64,000 bases of DNA. Origin: Shigella phage SSP1. The position numbers were made by a program, and so were the translations under genes. Every line of letters begins with the position of its first letter. Position 1 is the stretch's first letter. The notes below the pieces were generated by a model that saw nothing but the letters and a program-made list of their open reading frames with translations, was not told the DNA's origin and searched no databases. This document shows, one piece after another, positions 25,647-34,856 of the stretch. The stretch lies in sequence record KY963424; one strand, given 5' to 3'.

Positions 25647-26054
25647 ATGACTAACGTTAAAGCCGCAAAATTCACCTGGAACGAAGAAAACACCCAAAAA
25701 GCTGTTACCATGTATCAGCAGTTAATCAATGAAAACGGATTAGAATTCGCAAACAGCGACGGCCTGAAAGAGATTGCGAAAGCAGTGGGCGCGACTTCTC
25801 CCGTGTCAGTTCGTTCGAAATTGACCAGCGCGAAAGCCTATCAAAAAAGCGATAAGCCTCGCAAGGTTGGCGGCGGTAGCTCAATCCGCAAGGCTCATTA
25901 TGTGCGAGTAATTGCAAGACACGCCATCGATTCCGGCATTATCAAAGACGCCGATGATCTGGCAAGCCTTGAAAGCGCGAAGCTGGAAACGCTGGACGCC
26001 GTGGCGCAGTTGTTAGGCGTTGCCGATGAGGTGAAACAAGCCGCAGGCGAATAA
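25647..26054 (+). CDS. hypothetical pre-early protein
   Basis: ORF preceded by leader CCTTAAATTAAATTAATTGGAGTTTATATC. Confidence 0.55.
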   Translation: MTNVKAAKFTWNEENTQKAVTMYQQLINENGLEFANSDGLKEIAKAVGATSPVSVRSKLTSAKAYQKSDKPRKVGGGSSIRKAHYVRVIARHAIDSGIIKDADDLASLESAKLETLDAVAQLLGVADEVKQAAGE

Positions 26055-26062
26055 ATTTAATT

Positions 26063-26088
26063 AGTGGGGATTATTCCCCACTATTTTC
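26063..26088 (+). terminator. hairpin / possible terminator
   Basis: Stem AGTGGGGA/TCCCCACT loop TTAT followed by ATTTTCC. Confidence 0.5.
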
Positions 26089-26109
26089 CCCTTGATTGGA
26101 GTTTTTAAA

Positions 26110-26307
26110 ATGATCTTTTACCCCACTGAATCGCTCATTCTAGGCTTATTTATTATGGCGGCCTCGTTATTGTTCGCATATTTTCAAAATGATTTAGATT
26201 CGTATTATTTTAAACGCAAATCTAAGTTAGCGAAGCGTTTGGGCCTGATTTGTTTTATTGCCGCCGTTGCTTGTGGTGTTAGTTCTAGCCTGATGCCGAT
26301 TAGTTAA
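26110..26307 (+). CDS. small two-TM membrane protein (pre-early)
   Basis: ATG after TTGGAGTTTTTAAA leader; hydrophobic LILGLFIMAASLLFAYF and LGLICFIAAVACGV. Confidence 0.5.
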   Translation: MIFYPTESLILGLFIMAASLLFAYFQNDLDSYYFKRKSKLAKRLGLICFIAAVACGVSSSLMPIS

Positions 26308-26319
26308 ATATTGCAAATT

Positions 26320-26345
26320 ATAACGCCTATTATTGGAGGCGTTAT
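26320..26345 (+). other. intergenic hairpin
   Basis: Stem ATAACGCCT/AGGCGTTAT. Confidence 0.55.
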
Positions 26346-26347
26346 AT

Positions 26348-26364
26348 TTGGCAATATTTGCCAA
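26348..26364. promoter_or_regulatory. 17-bp palindrome TTGGCAA-TAT-TTGCCAA (operator-like)
   Basis: Perfect 7-bp half-sites, located about 40 bp upstream of A1 start. Confidence 0.4.
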
Positions 26365-26404
26365 TAACAAACGTTTTTTAATCCCTTTAATGGAGTTTAT
26401 TATT

Positions 26405-28075
26405 ATGATTATTTCCGCAGAAAAACAAACCGTTATCCTGAAGCTGGCCGCTGACTTTAATTTCTATGGTAAACGTCTGCGCGCCACTAAATTGGAAGTA
26501 TGTGACGATATTTCGAAAGCGGTATACGATACACCGAAACACTCTACCGCGATTTGTGATTGGCTGGAAGCAAATAAACCAGCGAAACCGAAAACGGCAA
26601 AAGTAGCAAAAGCTATTAAAAACGACGAGCGCCCCGAGGCGGCTGGAATTATTTCTAGCACGGTGGAACAGTGGGAAGTAAAGCAGGGCAAACGCTTTAT
26701 TATTACATCGATTCAGAATAATACTTTCCCGCATAAAAACTTTTTGGCCTCACTGGAACAATACGCTAAATTTATCGGCGCTGATTTACTTGTTTCTAAG
26801 TATATTTATAACAAAAACGGCTTTCAAAATGGTGAAGGCGCGGACGGTGTAAAATATGATTCCGCGTTTGATAAGTATATTTGCAGCAAAAACGTGTTTT
26901 TAAATAACCGCCGTTTTGCTTTCATGGCTGAAATTAATGTTCTGCCCACTGCAGACTATCCGCTGTCTGGATTCGCAGAAACTGCAACGGCTCTCAATCT
27001 TGAAGGTCTGGCAATTGGTCACGCTAAAATCACCGCCGAAAGCGTGCCAGCTCTCAAAGGTGAAGTAGTACGCCGCATGTACTCAACCGGAACGGCAACA
27101 CTCAAAAACTACATTCAGCAGAAAGCAGGACAGAAAGCGGAAGCACTGCATAATTTCGGTGCGCTGATTGTTGAGTTCGACGAAGACGGTGAGTTTTTTG
27201 TGCGCCAGCTTGAAACGATGGACGAAAGCGGCATGTTTTACGATTTGAATATTTGCGCGACCCCCGCCGGATGTTATGAAACATCGGGGCATGTTTTAGG
27301 TTTACAATATGGCGACATACACGCCGAAAAACTTGATGAGGAGTGCGCCGCAGCGTCATGGGGTCATGGTGATACTTATGGGCTAGTGGATATTCTTAAA
27401 CCTAAATATCAGTTTGTGCATGACGTTCACGATTTTACATCACGCAACCATCACAACCGCGCTTCAGGTGTATTTCTAGCGAAACAGTATGCAGCCGGAC
27501 GTGACAAGGTTCTGGATGATCTCATCGACACCGGGCGCGTGCTGGAATCAATGGAACGTGATTTTAGTCAAACGATCATTGTCGAATCTAATCACGATCT
27601 GGCGCTATCCCGTTGGCTTGATGATCGCAATGCTAACATTAAAGACGATCCAGCCAACGCGGAACTGTATCACCGCCTTAATGCTGCGATTTACGCGGCA
27701 ATCGGTAATCATGACGATACTTTCAACGTGCTGGATTATGCGCTGCGTACGGTTGCAGGTTGCGAGTTTAACGCGATTTTCCTGACAACTGACCAATCGT
27801 TTAAAATCGCAGGCATTGAATGCGGCGTACACGGTCACAACGGCATTAACGGGAGCCGTGGCAATCCGAAGCAATTCAAGAAATTGGGCAAGTTAAACAC
27901 GGGGCACACCCACACCGCCAGCATTTACGGCGGCGTTTATACCGCTGGCGTCGCTGGTTCCCTCGATATGGGCTATAACGTTGGCGCGTCAAGCTGGACG
28001 CAAACGCATTTAATTACCTATGCAAACGGCCAGCGCACTTTGATTGACTTTAAAAACGGCAAATTTTTCGCATAA
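26405..28075 (+). CDS. A1: A1 pre-early protein (metallophosphatase-fold, host DNA degradation/takeover)
   Basis: 556 aa from ATG 26405 as recalled for T5 A1; phosphoesterase motifs GDIHAE and GHGD; conserved pre-early leader. Confidence 0.75.
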   Translation: MIISAEKQTVILKLAADFNFYGKRLRATKLEVCDDISKAVYDTPKHSTAICDWLEANKPAKPKTAKVAKAIKNDERPEAAGIISSTVEQWEVKQGKRFIITSIQNNTFPHKNFLASLEQYAKFIGADLLVSKYIYNKNGFQNGEGADGVKYDSAFDKYICSKNVFLNNRRFAFMAEINVLPTADYPLSGFAETATALNLEGLAIGHAKITAESVPALKGEVVRRMYSTGTATLKNYIQQKAGQKAEALHNFGALIVEFDEDGEFFVRQLETMDESGMFYDLNICATPAGCYETSGHVLGLQYGDIHAEKLDEECAAASWGHGDTYGLVDILKPKYQFVHDVHDFTSRNHHNRASGVFLAKQYAAGRDKVLDDLIDTGRVLESMERDFSQTIIVESNHDLALSRWLDDRNANIKDDPANAELYHRLNAAIYAAIGNHDDTFNVLDYALRTVAGCEFNAIFLTTDQSFKIAGIECGVHGHNGINGSRGNPKQFKKLGKLNTGHTHTASIYGGVYTAGVAGSLDMGYNVGASSWTQTHLITYANGQRTLIDFKNGKFFA

Positions 28076-28082
28076 TTAAATT

Positions 28083-28110
28083 TATAAGCGGGGTATATAC
28101 CCCGCTTATA
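28083..28110 (+). other. GC-cored hairpin without U-tract
   Basis: Stem TATAAGCGGGG/CCCCGCTTATA around TATATA loop. Confidence 0.6.
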
Positions 28111-28142
28111 TCCCTTATTAAATTAATTGGAGTTTTATAACT

Positions 28143-28535
28143 ATGAAAAAGCAAAATATCCCATTCGATCGCGCTCAATCTTCCATCGTTCTGGTTTATT
28201 CTAATGGTGAGCGGTATCACGTTGAGGCCGGTCACGTTGTTGATGATTTAATCGACTTTAATGACGCTTTACAGATTACTACTTTCGCCTATACGCAAGG
28301 CCGCGCAAGTAGTCACATCAAGGCCGCAGGCGTTTATGTTGATACGGTGAAGCAGGAAACGATTATCATCGACGCCGTAAAATCCGGTCTAGCCTTTGCA
28401 GTTGTCGCGCCTTGTCCAGCTTGCTTTGATGATCAGCTATCGAGCGCAAAGGTATATATCTGCGCGGGTGTTCGTTCTCATGTATCCGGCGAAGATATTA
28501 GTTTCATCGCTGATGCGTTGGCTTATGGTCTTTGA
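28143..28535 (+). CDS. A2: A2-like pre-early protein (assignment by position and size)
   Basis: 130-aa ORF between A1 and dmp with conserved leader TTAAATTAATTGGAGTTTTATAACT. Confidence 0.45.
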   Translation: MKKQNIPFDRAQSSIVLVYSNGERYHVEAGHVVDDLIDFNDALQITTFAYTQGRASSHIKAAGVYVDTVKQETIIIDAVKSGLAFAVVAPCPACFDDQLSSAKVYICAGVRSHVSGEDISFIADALAYGL

Positions 28536-28548
28536 TAGTTGATTTATT

Positions 28549-28575
28549 ATTGCCCGCTGATAAATAGCGGGCAAT
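28549..28575 (+). other. GC-cored hairpin without U-tract
   Basis: 10-bp stem ATTGCCCGCT/AGCGGGCAAT, loop GATAAAT. Confidence 0.6.
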
Positions 28576-28615
28576 GCTGGATAAACTAAATCCCTTTAAT
28601 GGAGAACGTAACAAA

Positions 28616-29350
28616 ATGAATCAAGTTAAAATGAATATTACCCGTAATTTCCCGCATATTTCCCGCGTCATGATTTGGGATCTGGACGGAACAATCATTA
28701 ATTCATTCCATCGTGTCGCGCCTTGCTTTGATAGCGAGGGTAATTTAGATTTAAATAAGTATAAGAATGAAGCGTGTAAGCATCATTTAATAATGCAAGA
28801 TACCTTATTGCCTTTGGTTGAATATATGCGCCAGTGCATGAATGACGCAAATACTTTAAACATTATTTGTACCGCTCGACTAATGAGCAAATCGGACTAT
28901 TATTATTTGCGCAAACAAGGCTTACGCGGTCGTGGGGATAGTAATATCCGCGTGTTTTCCCGCGATACGCTGCATAAATATTTTGAAGCTGATAAAGTTA
29001 GCGAAATATACCACAGTAAGGACGCAGTTTATAAATCGTATTATTTTGAGCTATTCAAACAACTATATCCGAACGCTGATTTTACAATGATTGATGATCA
29101 TAAAGGTGTATTATCAGCGGCAGCGTCATACGGATTTAAAACGCTGGACGCGCAAGCCGTTAATGATATTCTATCAATCGGCGTGGCATTGATAGGCGGA
29201 ACCTTTATTGATGAATCTCTCGATGATGATAATGATTATCAGTTCCTAGCGGACCGCTTAAAACTATGTTGGGAAAGCATGACCGAAGAAGAACGCGCAG
29301 AATATAGTTGCAGCCCGCAACAATATATTGAGAAATTAAAAGTTGCGTAA
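28616..29350 (+). CDS. dmp: 5-prime-deoxyribonucleotidase (HAD family)
   Basis: 244 aa from ATG 28616 as recalled for T5 Dmp; HAD motif I WDLDGTI. Confidence 0.75.
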   Translation: MNQVKMNITRNFPHISRVMIWDLDGTIINSFHRVAPCFDSEGNLDLNKYKNEACKHHLIMQDTLLPLVEYMRQCMNDANTLNIICTARLMSKSDYYYLRKQGLRGRGDSNIRVFSRDTLHKYFEADKVSEIYHSKDAVYKSYYFELFKQLYPNADFTMIDDHKGVLSAAASYGFKTLDAQAVNDILSIGVALIGGTFIDESLDDDNDYQFLADRLKLCWESMTEEERAEYSCSPQQYIEKLKVA

Positions 29351-29526
29351 TAATTAAAATTGAAATAGTTTCATCCTGTAATTAAAAATGGTTGCAGGGT
29401 GAAACAGTTAGCAGGGTAATAGTCACGGGGGTGGCGGTTAGCAGACTAAGTATTTTCGCCCTAGCCACTGGACTCACCCACGCGTACGTAATCCAAAGAA
29501 TTTGGCAAAAGTCATTTTAGCGCTAA

Positions 29527-30024
29527 TTAATTATGATTTGCAAACTCACCGTGATAGTGCTCCCTGGCTTTTCTAAGTTCTTTTTCAGCCTGCTCAAGAG
29601 TTTTAAAAGTTCCCACGGTAATCCTATTGCCATTTACACGTAATTTTGCTTCGAACTTTTCCTCACCACGTTTATATACTCCCTTAACTCCGGTAGACTC
29701 ATTCTTCCATCCCGAAGAGTTTTTGCCATTCTCTGCATTTGTTGCTTTACGCAGGTTATTCCATCTATTGTTGAAAGGATCTTGATCTTTATGATCAATG
29801 AGAAACTCACTCGGATCTTCTCCTGTCATGTATAGATATGCTACCCGATGGGCTTTATATAACCCATTACTGCCCATTGATAGGGATATTCCTGAGCTGT
29901 TTCTACTGCCTGCTGGCTTACCTTTACGACTTCCCGAGTTCCAAGTAAAGATACCAGTTCCAGGATCATAATCAAATTTCTTCTGGTATTCTGCTAAGGG
30001 CAGTAGAGGTTTATGATTTGCCAT
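29527..30024 (-). CDS. HNH homing endonuclease with AP2-like domain
   Basis: AHRVAYLYMTGEDPSEFLIDHKDQDPFNNRWNNLRKATNAEN; 165 aa, paralog of 5634-6131. Confidence 0.75.
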   Translation of the reverse strand: MANHKPLLPLAEYQKKFDYDPGTGIFTWNSGSRKGKPAGSRNSSGISLSMGSNGLYKAHRVAYLYMTGEDPSEFLIDHKDQDPFNNRWNNLRKATNAENGKNSSGWKNESTGVKGVYKRGEEKFEAKLRVNGNRITVGTFKTLEQAEKELRKAREHYHGEFANHN

Positions 30025-30229
30025 CTATCTTGGATCTCCTCCGAGAACTTCTTGAACCGTCATTCCACTCCCGCTCAAACTCCGCACGTTTCTCATCAAA
30101 CTTCCGCTCCCTTTCCGCAATCTCCCGCGATACTTCCGCAATATATTTACGATGCTTGTTGATTGCCGCAGTCGTCCCGAAAACTCCCGCGAGTATCCCG
30201 ATAATAAAAGCAATTACAATACTAAACAT
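30011..30229 (-). CDS. small single-pass membrane protein with charged C-terminus
   Basis: TM segment FSIVIAFIIGILAGVFGTTAAI then Arg/Glu-rich tail; coupled to upstream ORF. Confidence 0.5.
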   Translation of the reverse strand: MFSIVIAFIIGILAGVFGTTAAINKHRKYIAEVSREIAERERKFDEKRAEFEREWNDGSRSSRRRSKIDGKS

Positions 30230-30416
30230 CTAATTCCCTCTCAATTTGCAGAATACGGGTGCTATCACAACGTTGCAGTAGTACTAGCTTTTCTAGAATA
30301 ACTTGTTGTTGTTTCACCTGAGCTTCTAGAGTTTTTAGGCGGAGATACACGATACGAGAGACAATGAGGATTACCCAGACTAATATTACTATTAGTGTAA
30401 CTGCCACCTCCATCAT
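30222..30416 (-). CDS. small single-pass membrane protein
   Basis: TM segment VAVTLIVILVWVILIVSRIVYL; ATGA overlap with upstream ORF. Confidence 0.5.
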   Translation of the reverse strand: MMEVAVTLIVILVWVILIVSRIVYLRLKTLEAQVKQQQVILEKLVLLQRCDSTRILQIERELDV

Positions 30417-30520
30417 TTACGTTTCTCCAATAATAAGGTCTCAATTCTAGCTAAGTGATTATCTAAAATACACTGTCCAATAATCACAATCCCTAGTAGT
30501 GTAATAATTACCCATTCCAT
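30413..30520 (-). CDS. small membrane peptide (35 aa)
   Basis: TAATG and ATGA coupling to both neighbours; MEWVIITLLGIVIIGQCIL; below track cutoff. Confidence 0.4.
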   Translation of the reverse strand: MEWVIITLLGIVIIGQCILDNHLARIETLLLEKRK

Positions 30521-30711
30521 TAAATCCACCCCGCCATAGCTGCTAACCAAAAGCCTACGAAAATAAAGAATAAGATAGTTCCGAACCCAAAACTATTTAT
30601 CCAGCTATCATACACCTCTCCACGTCTGCTCTTTCTTTTATTTGACATATCTTTCATGCTCCTGTAAATGTTGTATTTGGAATATTTTATATTTTGTGCA
30701 TAACCAACCAT
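30520..30711 (-). CDS. small C-terminally anchored membrane protein
   Basis: Basic N-terminus, C-terminal TM segment FGFGTILFFIFVGFWLAAMAGWI. Confidence 0.5.
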   Translation of the reverse strand: MVGYAQNIKYSKYNIYRSMKDMSNKRKSRRGEVYDSWINSFGFGTILFFIFVGFWLAAMAGWI

Positions 30712-30823
30712 GCTTGTGACTTCCTAGAGGACTTCTACTTTTCTTACATAGTGGTTTCTGCCAATATACCATCCAAGAAATAAAAAATTTAGTTTACTTG
30801 GATGTCTTTTTGCTTTATACTAA

Positions 30824-31090
30824 TTACAGGTAGTTAGATTGCTCTAGTTTAAATTTACAATCACCATATTTAAGGTCAAACTGACTGAGATCCCACCACC
30901 CAAACTTAGTGCGGAGCTGTACTACTGGAAAGCGATCTCCCTTAATACGAACTTTTTGAACCTTGAGGCCGTAATGTTCTTCTCCAGCACCACCAAAAGA
31001 TTTTACAAATCCAGTACAAAATGGTTTGGGAGCAGGTGCACAACCAGATAACATAACTGTGGTAACTAGTGCAATCACAAACTTTTTCAT
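30824..31090 (-). CDS. llp: Llp-like lytic-conversion lipoprotein (receptor-blocking)
   Basis: Signal peptide with lipobox LSGC; divergent from and adjacent to the receptor-binding protein gene; own strong early promoter. Confidence 0.65.
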   Translation of the reverse strand: MKKFVIALVTTVMLSGCAPAPKPFCTGFVKSFGGAGEEHYGLKVQKVRIKGDRFPVVQLRTKFGWWDLSQFDLKYGDCKFKLEQSNYL

Positions 31091-31121
31091 ATTTATCTCT
31101 CCATTTCTAATTTATGAATCT

Positions 31122-31150
31122 ATTATAGCAAAATAGAGGGATGAAAGCAA
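31122..31150 (-). promoter_or_regulatory. T5 early-type promoter for llp (TTGCTT-N17-TATAAT)
   Basis: Minus-strand -35 at 31145-31150, -10 at 31122-31127, then AGATTCATAAATTAGAAATGGAGAG leader. Confidence 0.75.
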
Positions 31151-31175
31151 ATACATTTTTATAATAGGAGATTAT

Positions 31176-32933
31176 ATGGGTTTTTTCGCTGGAAAATATA
31201 GCGATGGTAAGACCGTACTATCTTTAAATACTGAATCTGGTGGTGACATTAATCGTCACTATAGTCCAAATGCTAATAGTATTTTTCATAGTGATATGCC
31301 ATTTGTCCTAGTTGATGGTACTTACGAGGCTGGGTTAGGAAATGCTGGAAATGGGTTTTTTGTATGCCAGATGCCTTCTGACATAATAAATATTAAATCC
31401 AACGACCCAGGTAGAGTTATACTAACTGCTATTGAGATTAATGGTACTCATAGGGCTTTTCTTAACGGTACTCAGAGTAAGGTGGGTCAAACTATAGTTG
31501 CCACTCAAGCAGATCCTTTTAGATCTTTTGCTAGTGTTTCCCAGACTAGTGGATTTGCATTTGGTAATAGCCTGGCATCTGGTACATATAACTATAATCC
31601 ATCTATAGGACATGAAGAATCTATTTCTAGGAATGGTACAGGGGGTACTACCTTACATAGTACGTATCATGGTATAGTTAGGCCAGGTGCAGGAGCTCCA
31701 GTAGGTATTACTGTTGCAGAAGCTTTTGCACAGTTAGGATTCCCTACTAATAGTAGTACAGTACCTATAGATGGTAATAACCAATATTACTGGGACCCAG
31801 GATGGATGTCTCCTTTAGGATCAGCACACAGAGGGCACGATTGGTTTTATGTTTGTAACTCTAACATACGTGGGTATGGTGGGGTAAGACAAGGTCTTCC
31901 TGGTAATGTAAATACTATGTATCATGATGGAGGTAACAGATTTGTTTGTAGGGGTTCTACAACTAATTTAGCTAACCAATCTGGTAACGCTACAATATTA
32001 CAGGATTGGTATAACATAACCCCTACTAAAGTTATTTGGTACGTTTTGAATTTAAGATACTCAAATGGTGGTATGAGTATCTCTGGTAATCCTTTTACTG
32101 GTTCAGATATTCTTATATCTCCTTCTAATTTCATAATTAAAGGGGTTAGTCTTCCCAATACTGGATACAAGTTTATTAACCAAAACGCTTTCGGTAACTT
32201 AGGTTATAGACCAGATATGGAATACATTGGAAATAACGCAGCATACACTGGGGCCTTTGGGGATACCACTGCAAGATGTGAACTTGTAGGTTCTAGTAAC
32301 GGGAGTTTATGGTCTCCTGTAGACTATGGAGGGGCTAAGTCTCAAATTAGTATTTACAAATTCGGAGCTGGTAAGCAATGGTACGTAAACTCTAATGATA
32401 ATACTATCGGTAATGAACACGGGGTTGTTTGGGGGCCTTCAGCAGTTCCACTACGACTTTTTAGCGGAAATGTTGGTAGTTCTTACATGGGGGATGATAT
32501 TACTCCCAGCTATCCAGGAACTGGAGATAGATACGTTGGTTTATCAACTATTGGGCTAGGTATACCGGGTGGCAATGCTACAGTAATTCTTACCACTGAA
32601 GTTATATCAGGTAATCTTAACTGTGCAGGTGTTCCTGCTAATACATGGAATAACGGTGTGTTTCAAGTGCAAGGAAGAAGAGCATATAGTTATAGTAATG
32701 GAGACGCGATATTCCACCAGATTTTAACACTACCAGTAGGGTATTTAGTACCTTTTCATACTACATCTGCTTTTAGATACACACCTAACAATGCCCTAAG
32801 TAGAAATAGTTTTATATACACTGCTAAAAATCTGGGGAACGGAAATGTAGAGTTAGGGGTAGTTATGCACGTAAGTTTAGGTAGTGCAGTTTTCCTACCT
32901 AGATTAAGAGTAACAGTTCAACGCCTTACCTAA
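31176..32933 (+). CDS. receptor-binding tail protein (pb5-like)
   Basis: 585 aa; N-terminus [17 protein letters not shown] resembles recalled pb5 family start; Gly/Asn-rich; position next to llp as in T5. Confidence 0.65.
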
Positions 32934-32943
32934 AGGAGGAAAT

Positions 32944-33426
32944 ATGGCAAATGATGTATTAGTACCAGATCTTATGTCCCCTGAAGGGATGGATGTAATT
33001 GAAGCTTATTTACAGTGCGGTAGTGATGTGCCCTCTGCCGCACGTAGTCTCGGAATGTCAGAAATTGCTTTCCGAGATATTATGAATCGTAGTGAAGTTA
33101 AGAACTACTTAAATGATATTTTTATGGAGAGTGGATTCCGTAACAGAGATCGTTTATTTGGTGTTCTGGATGAAGTTATCAAGCGTAAACTAGAGGAGCT
33201 AGAAGAAACCGGCATGGGTTCTGATCAGGATATTATGGATATTCTCTGGAAAGCACATAAAATGAAAATGGAAGAAATGAAAATGATGGTAGAATTGGAG
33301 AAAGTGAAGGCAGCAGCCCGTACTCCAGCTAATCAGACTAATATCCAGAATAACATTATTGCTGGAGCTGGAGATCAAAACTACATGGATTTAATTACTT
33401 CCCTAGCTACTGGAGGTAAGAAGTAA
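32944..33426 (+). CDS. terminase small subunit (putative)
   Basis: Directly upstream of and coupled to the large terminase; HTH-like [17 protein letters not shown]. Confidence 0.5.
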
Positions 33427-34742
33427 TGGAAGTATCAAGACCCTATGTTAATACAGTAGATGTTATTGATTTCGGAATAGATAAGCGTTTCTTTCGTCTA
33501 CCTGTTTCGGGAATACTAGCGCAAGAAGGTATTACACCTAATGGCCCTCAAATAGCAATTATCAATGCCCTAGAAGACCCTAGACATCGTTTTGTAACGG
33601 CGTGTGTATCACGCCGTGTGGGTAAGTCCTTTATAGCATATACACTTGGGTTCCTAAAACTGCTGGAACCTAATGTGAAAGTACTAGTAGTTGCTCCTAA
33701 CTACTCACTGGCCAATATCGGATGGTCTCAGATTCGTGGTCTTATTAAAAAGTACGGCCTACAAACCGAACGTGAGAACGCTAAAGATAAAGAGATTGAG
33801 CTGGCAAACGGCTCACTGTTTAAACTAGCTTCCGCGGCGCAGGCTGACTCAGCAGTTGGACGTTCATATGATTTTATCATCTTTGATGAGGCGGCAATTT
33901 CTGATGTTGGTGGTGATGCCTTTAGAGTTCAGCTACGTCCTACCCTAGATAAACCTAATTCTAAGGCTCTATTTATCTCTACCCCTCGTGGAGGTAACTG
34001 GTTTAAGGAGTTTTATGCCTATGGATTTGATGATACATTACCTAACTGGGTATCTATTCATGGTACATATCGTGATAACCCACGTGCTGATCTGAATGAT
34101 ATCGAAGAAGCACGTCGTACAGTTAGTAAAAACTACTTCCGTCAGGAATATGAGGCTGACTTCTCTGTATTCGAAGGTCAGATCTTTGATACCTTTAATG
34201 CTATCGATCATGTTAAAGACCTCAAAGGTATGCGTCACTTCTTTAAAGATGATGAAGCATTCGAAACGTTGCTCGGTATTGACGTTGGTTATCGTGATCC
34301 TACAGCAGTTCTTACTATCAAGTATCACTATGATACGGATACTTACTATGTATTAGAAGAGTACCAGCAAGCGGAGAAAACCACAGCTCAGCATGCTGCT
34401 TACATTCAGCACTGTATAGATCGTTATAAAGTTGATCGTGTTTTTGTTGACTCTGCCGCAGCTCAGTTCCGTCAGGACTTAGCGTATGAACATGAGATTG
34501 CCTCTGCTCCTGCTAAGAAATCTGTCCTAGATGGCCTAGCATGTTTACAAGCACTATTCCAACAGGGTAAGATTATTGTAGATGCTTCATGTTCCTCATT
34601 AATTCATGCACTGCAGAACTATAAGTGGGATTTCCAAGAAGGTGAAGAAAAATTATCACGTGAAAAACCACGTCATGATGCTAACTCTCACCTTTGTGAT
34701 GCTCTGCGCTATGGAATTTACTCTATTTCCCGTGGTAAATAA
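33426..34742 (+). CDS. terminase large subunit
   Basis: Walker A-like SRRVGKS, Walker B IIFDEA, C-terminal nuclease-like acidic motifs; 438 aa. Confidence 0.85.
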   Translation: MEVSRPYVNTVDVIDFGIDKRFFRLPVSGILAQEGITPNGPQIAIINALEDPRHRFVTACVSRRVGKSFIAYTLGFLKLLEPNVKVLVVAPNYSLANIGWSQIRGLIKKYGLQTERENAKDKEIELANGSLFKLASAAQADSAVGRSYDFIIFDEAAISDVGGDAFRVQLRPTLDKPNSKALFISTPRGGNWFKEFYAYGFDDTLPNWVSIHGTYRDNPRADLNDIEEARRTVSKNYFRQEYEADFSVFEGQIFDTFNAIDHVKDLKGMRHFFKDDEAFETLLGIDVGYRDPTAVLTIKYHYDTDTYYVLEEYQQAEKTTAQHAAYIQHCIDRYKVDRVFVDSAAAQFRQDLAYEHEIASAPAKKSVLDGLACLQALFQQGKIIVDASCSSLIHALQNYKWDFQEGEEKLSREKPRHDANSHLCDALRYGIYSISRGK

Positions 34743-34856
34743 ATAAGTATAGGATGGGATACTACTCAGTTGGTATCCCATCCCTGCATTTTAAAATCCC
34801 CTTTACAAATTCGATACGATTATGTATACTATATTCATACAGTTGAGGAGAACACT

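Noticed and set aside
23847-29448. 11-mer TTAGCAGACTA occurring at 29438-29448 and in reverse complement at 23847-23857 and 23907-23917
   Set aside because: Three dispersed copies of an 11-mer in an 11-kb block could be meaningful, but this is close to what chance plus local repeats can give; noted but not called a feature.
31160-31175. TATAAT-like sequence immediately upstream of the receptor-binding protein ATG as its promoter
   Set aside because: Too close to the start codon to leave room for the AGGAG RBS on the transcript; the promoter for this gene is not identified.
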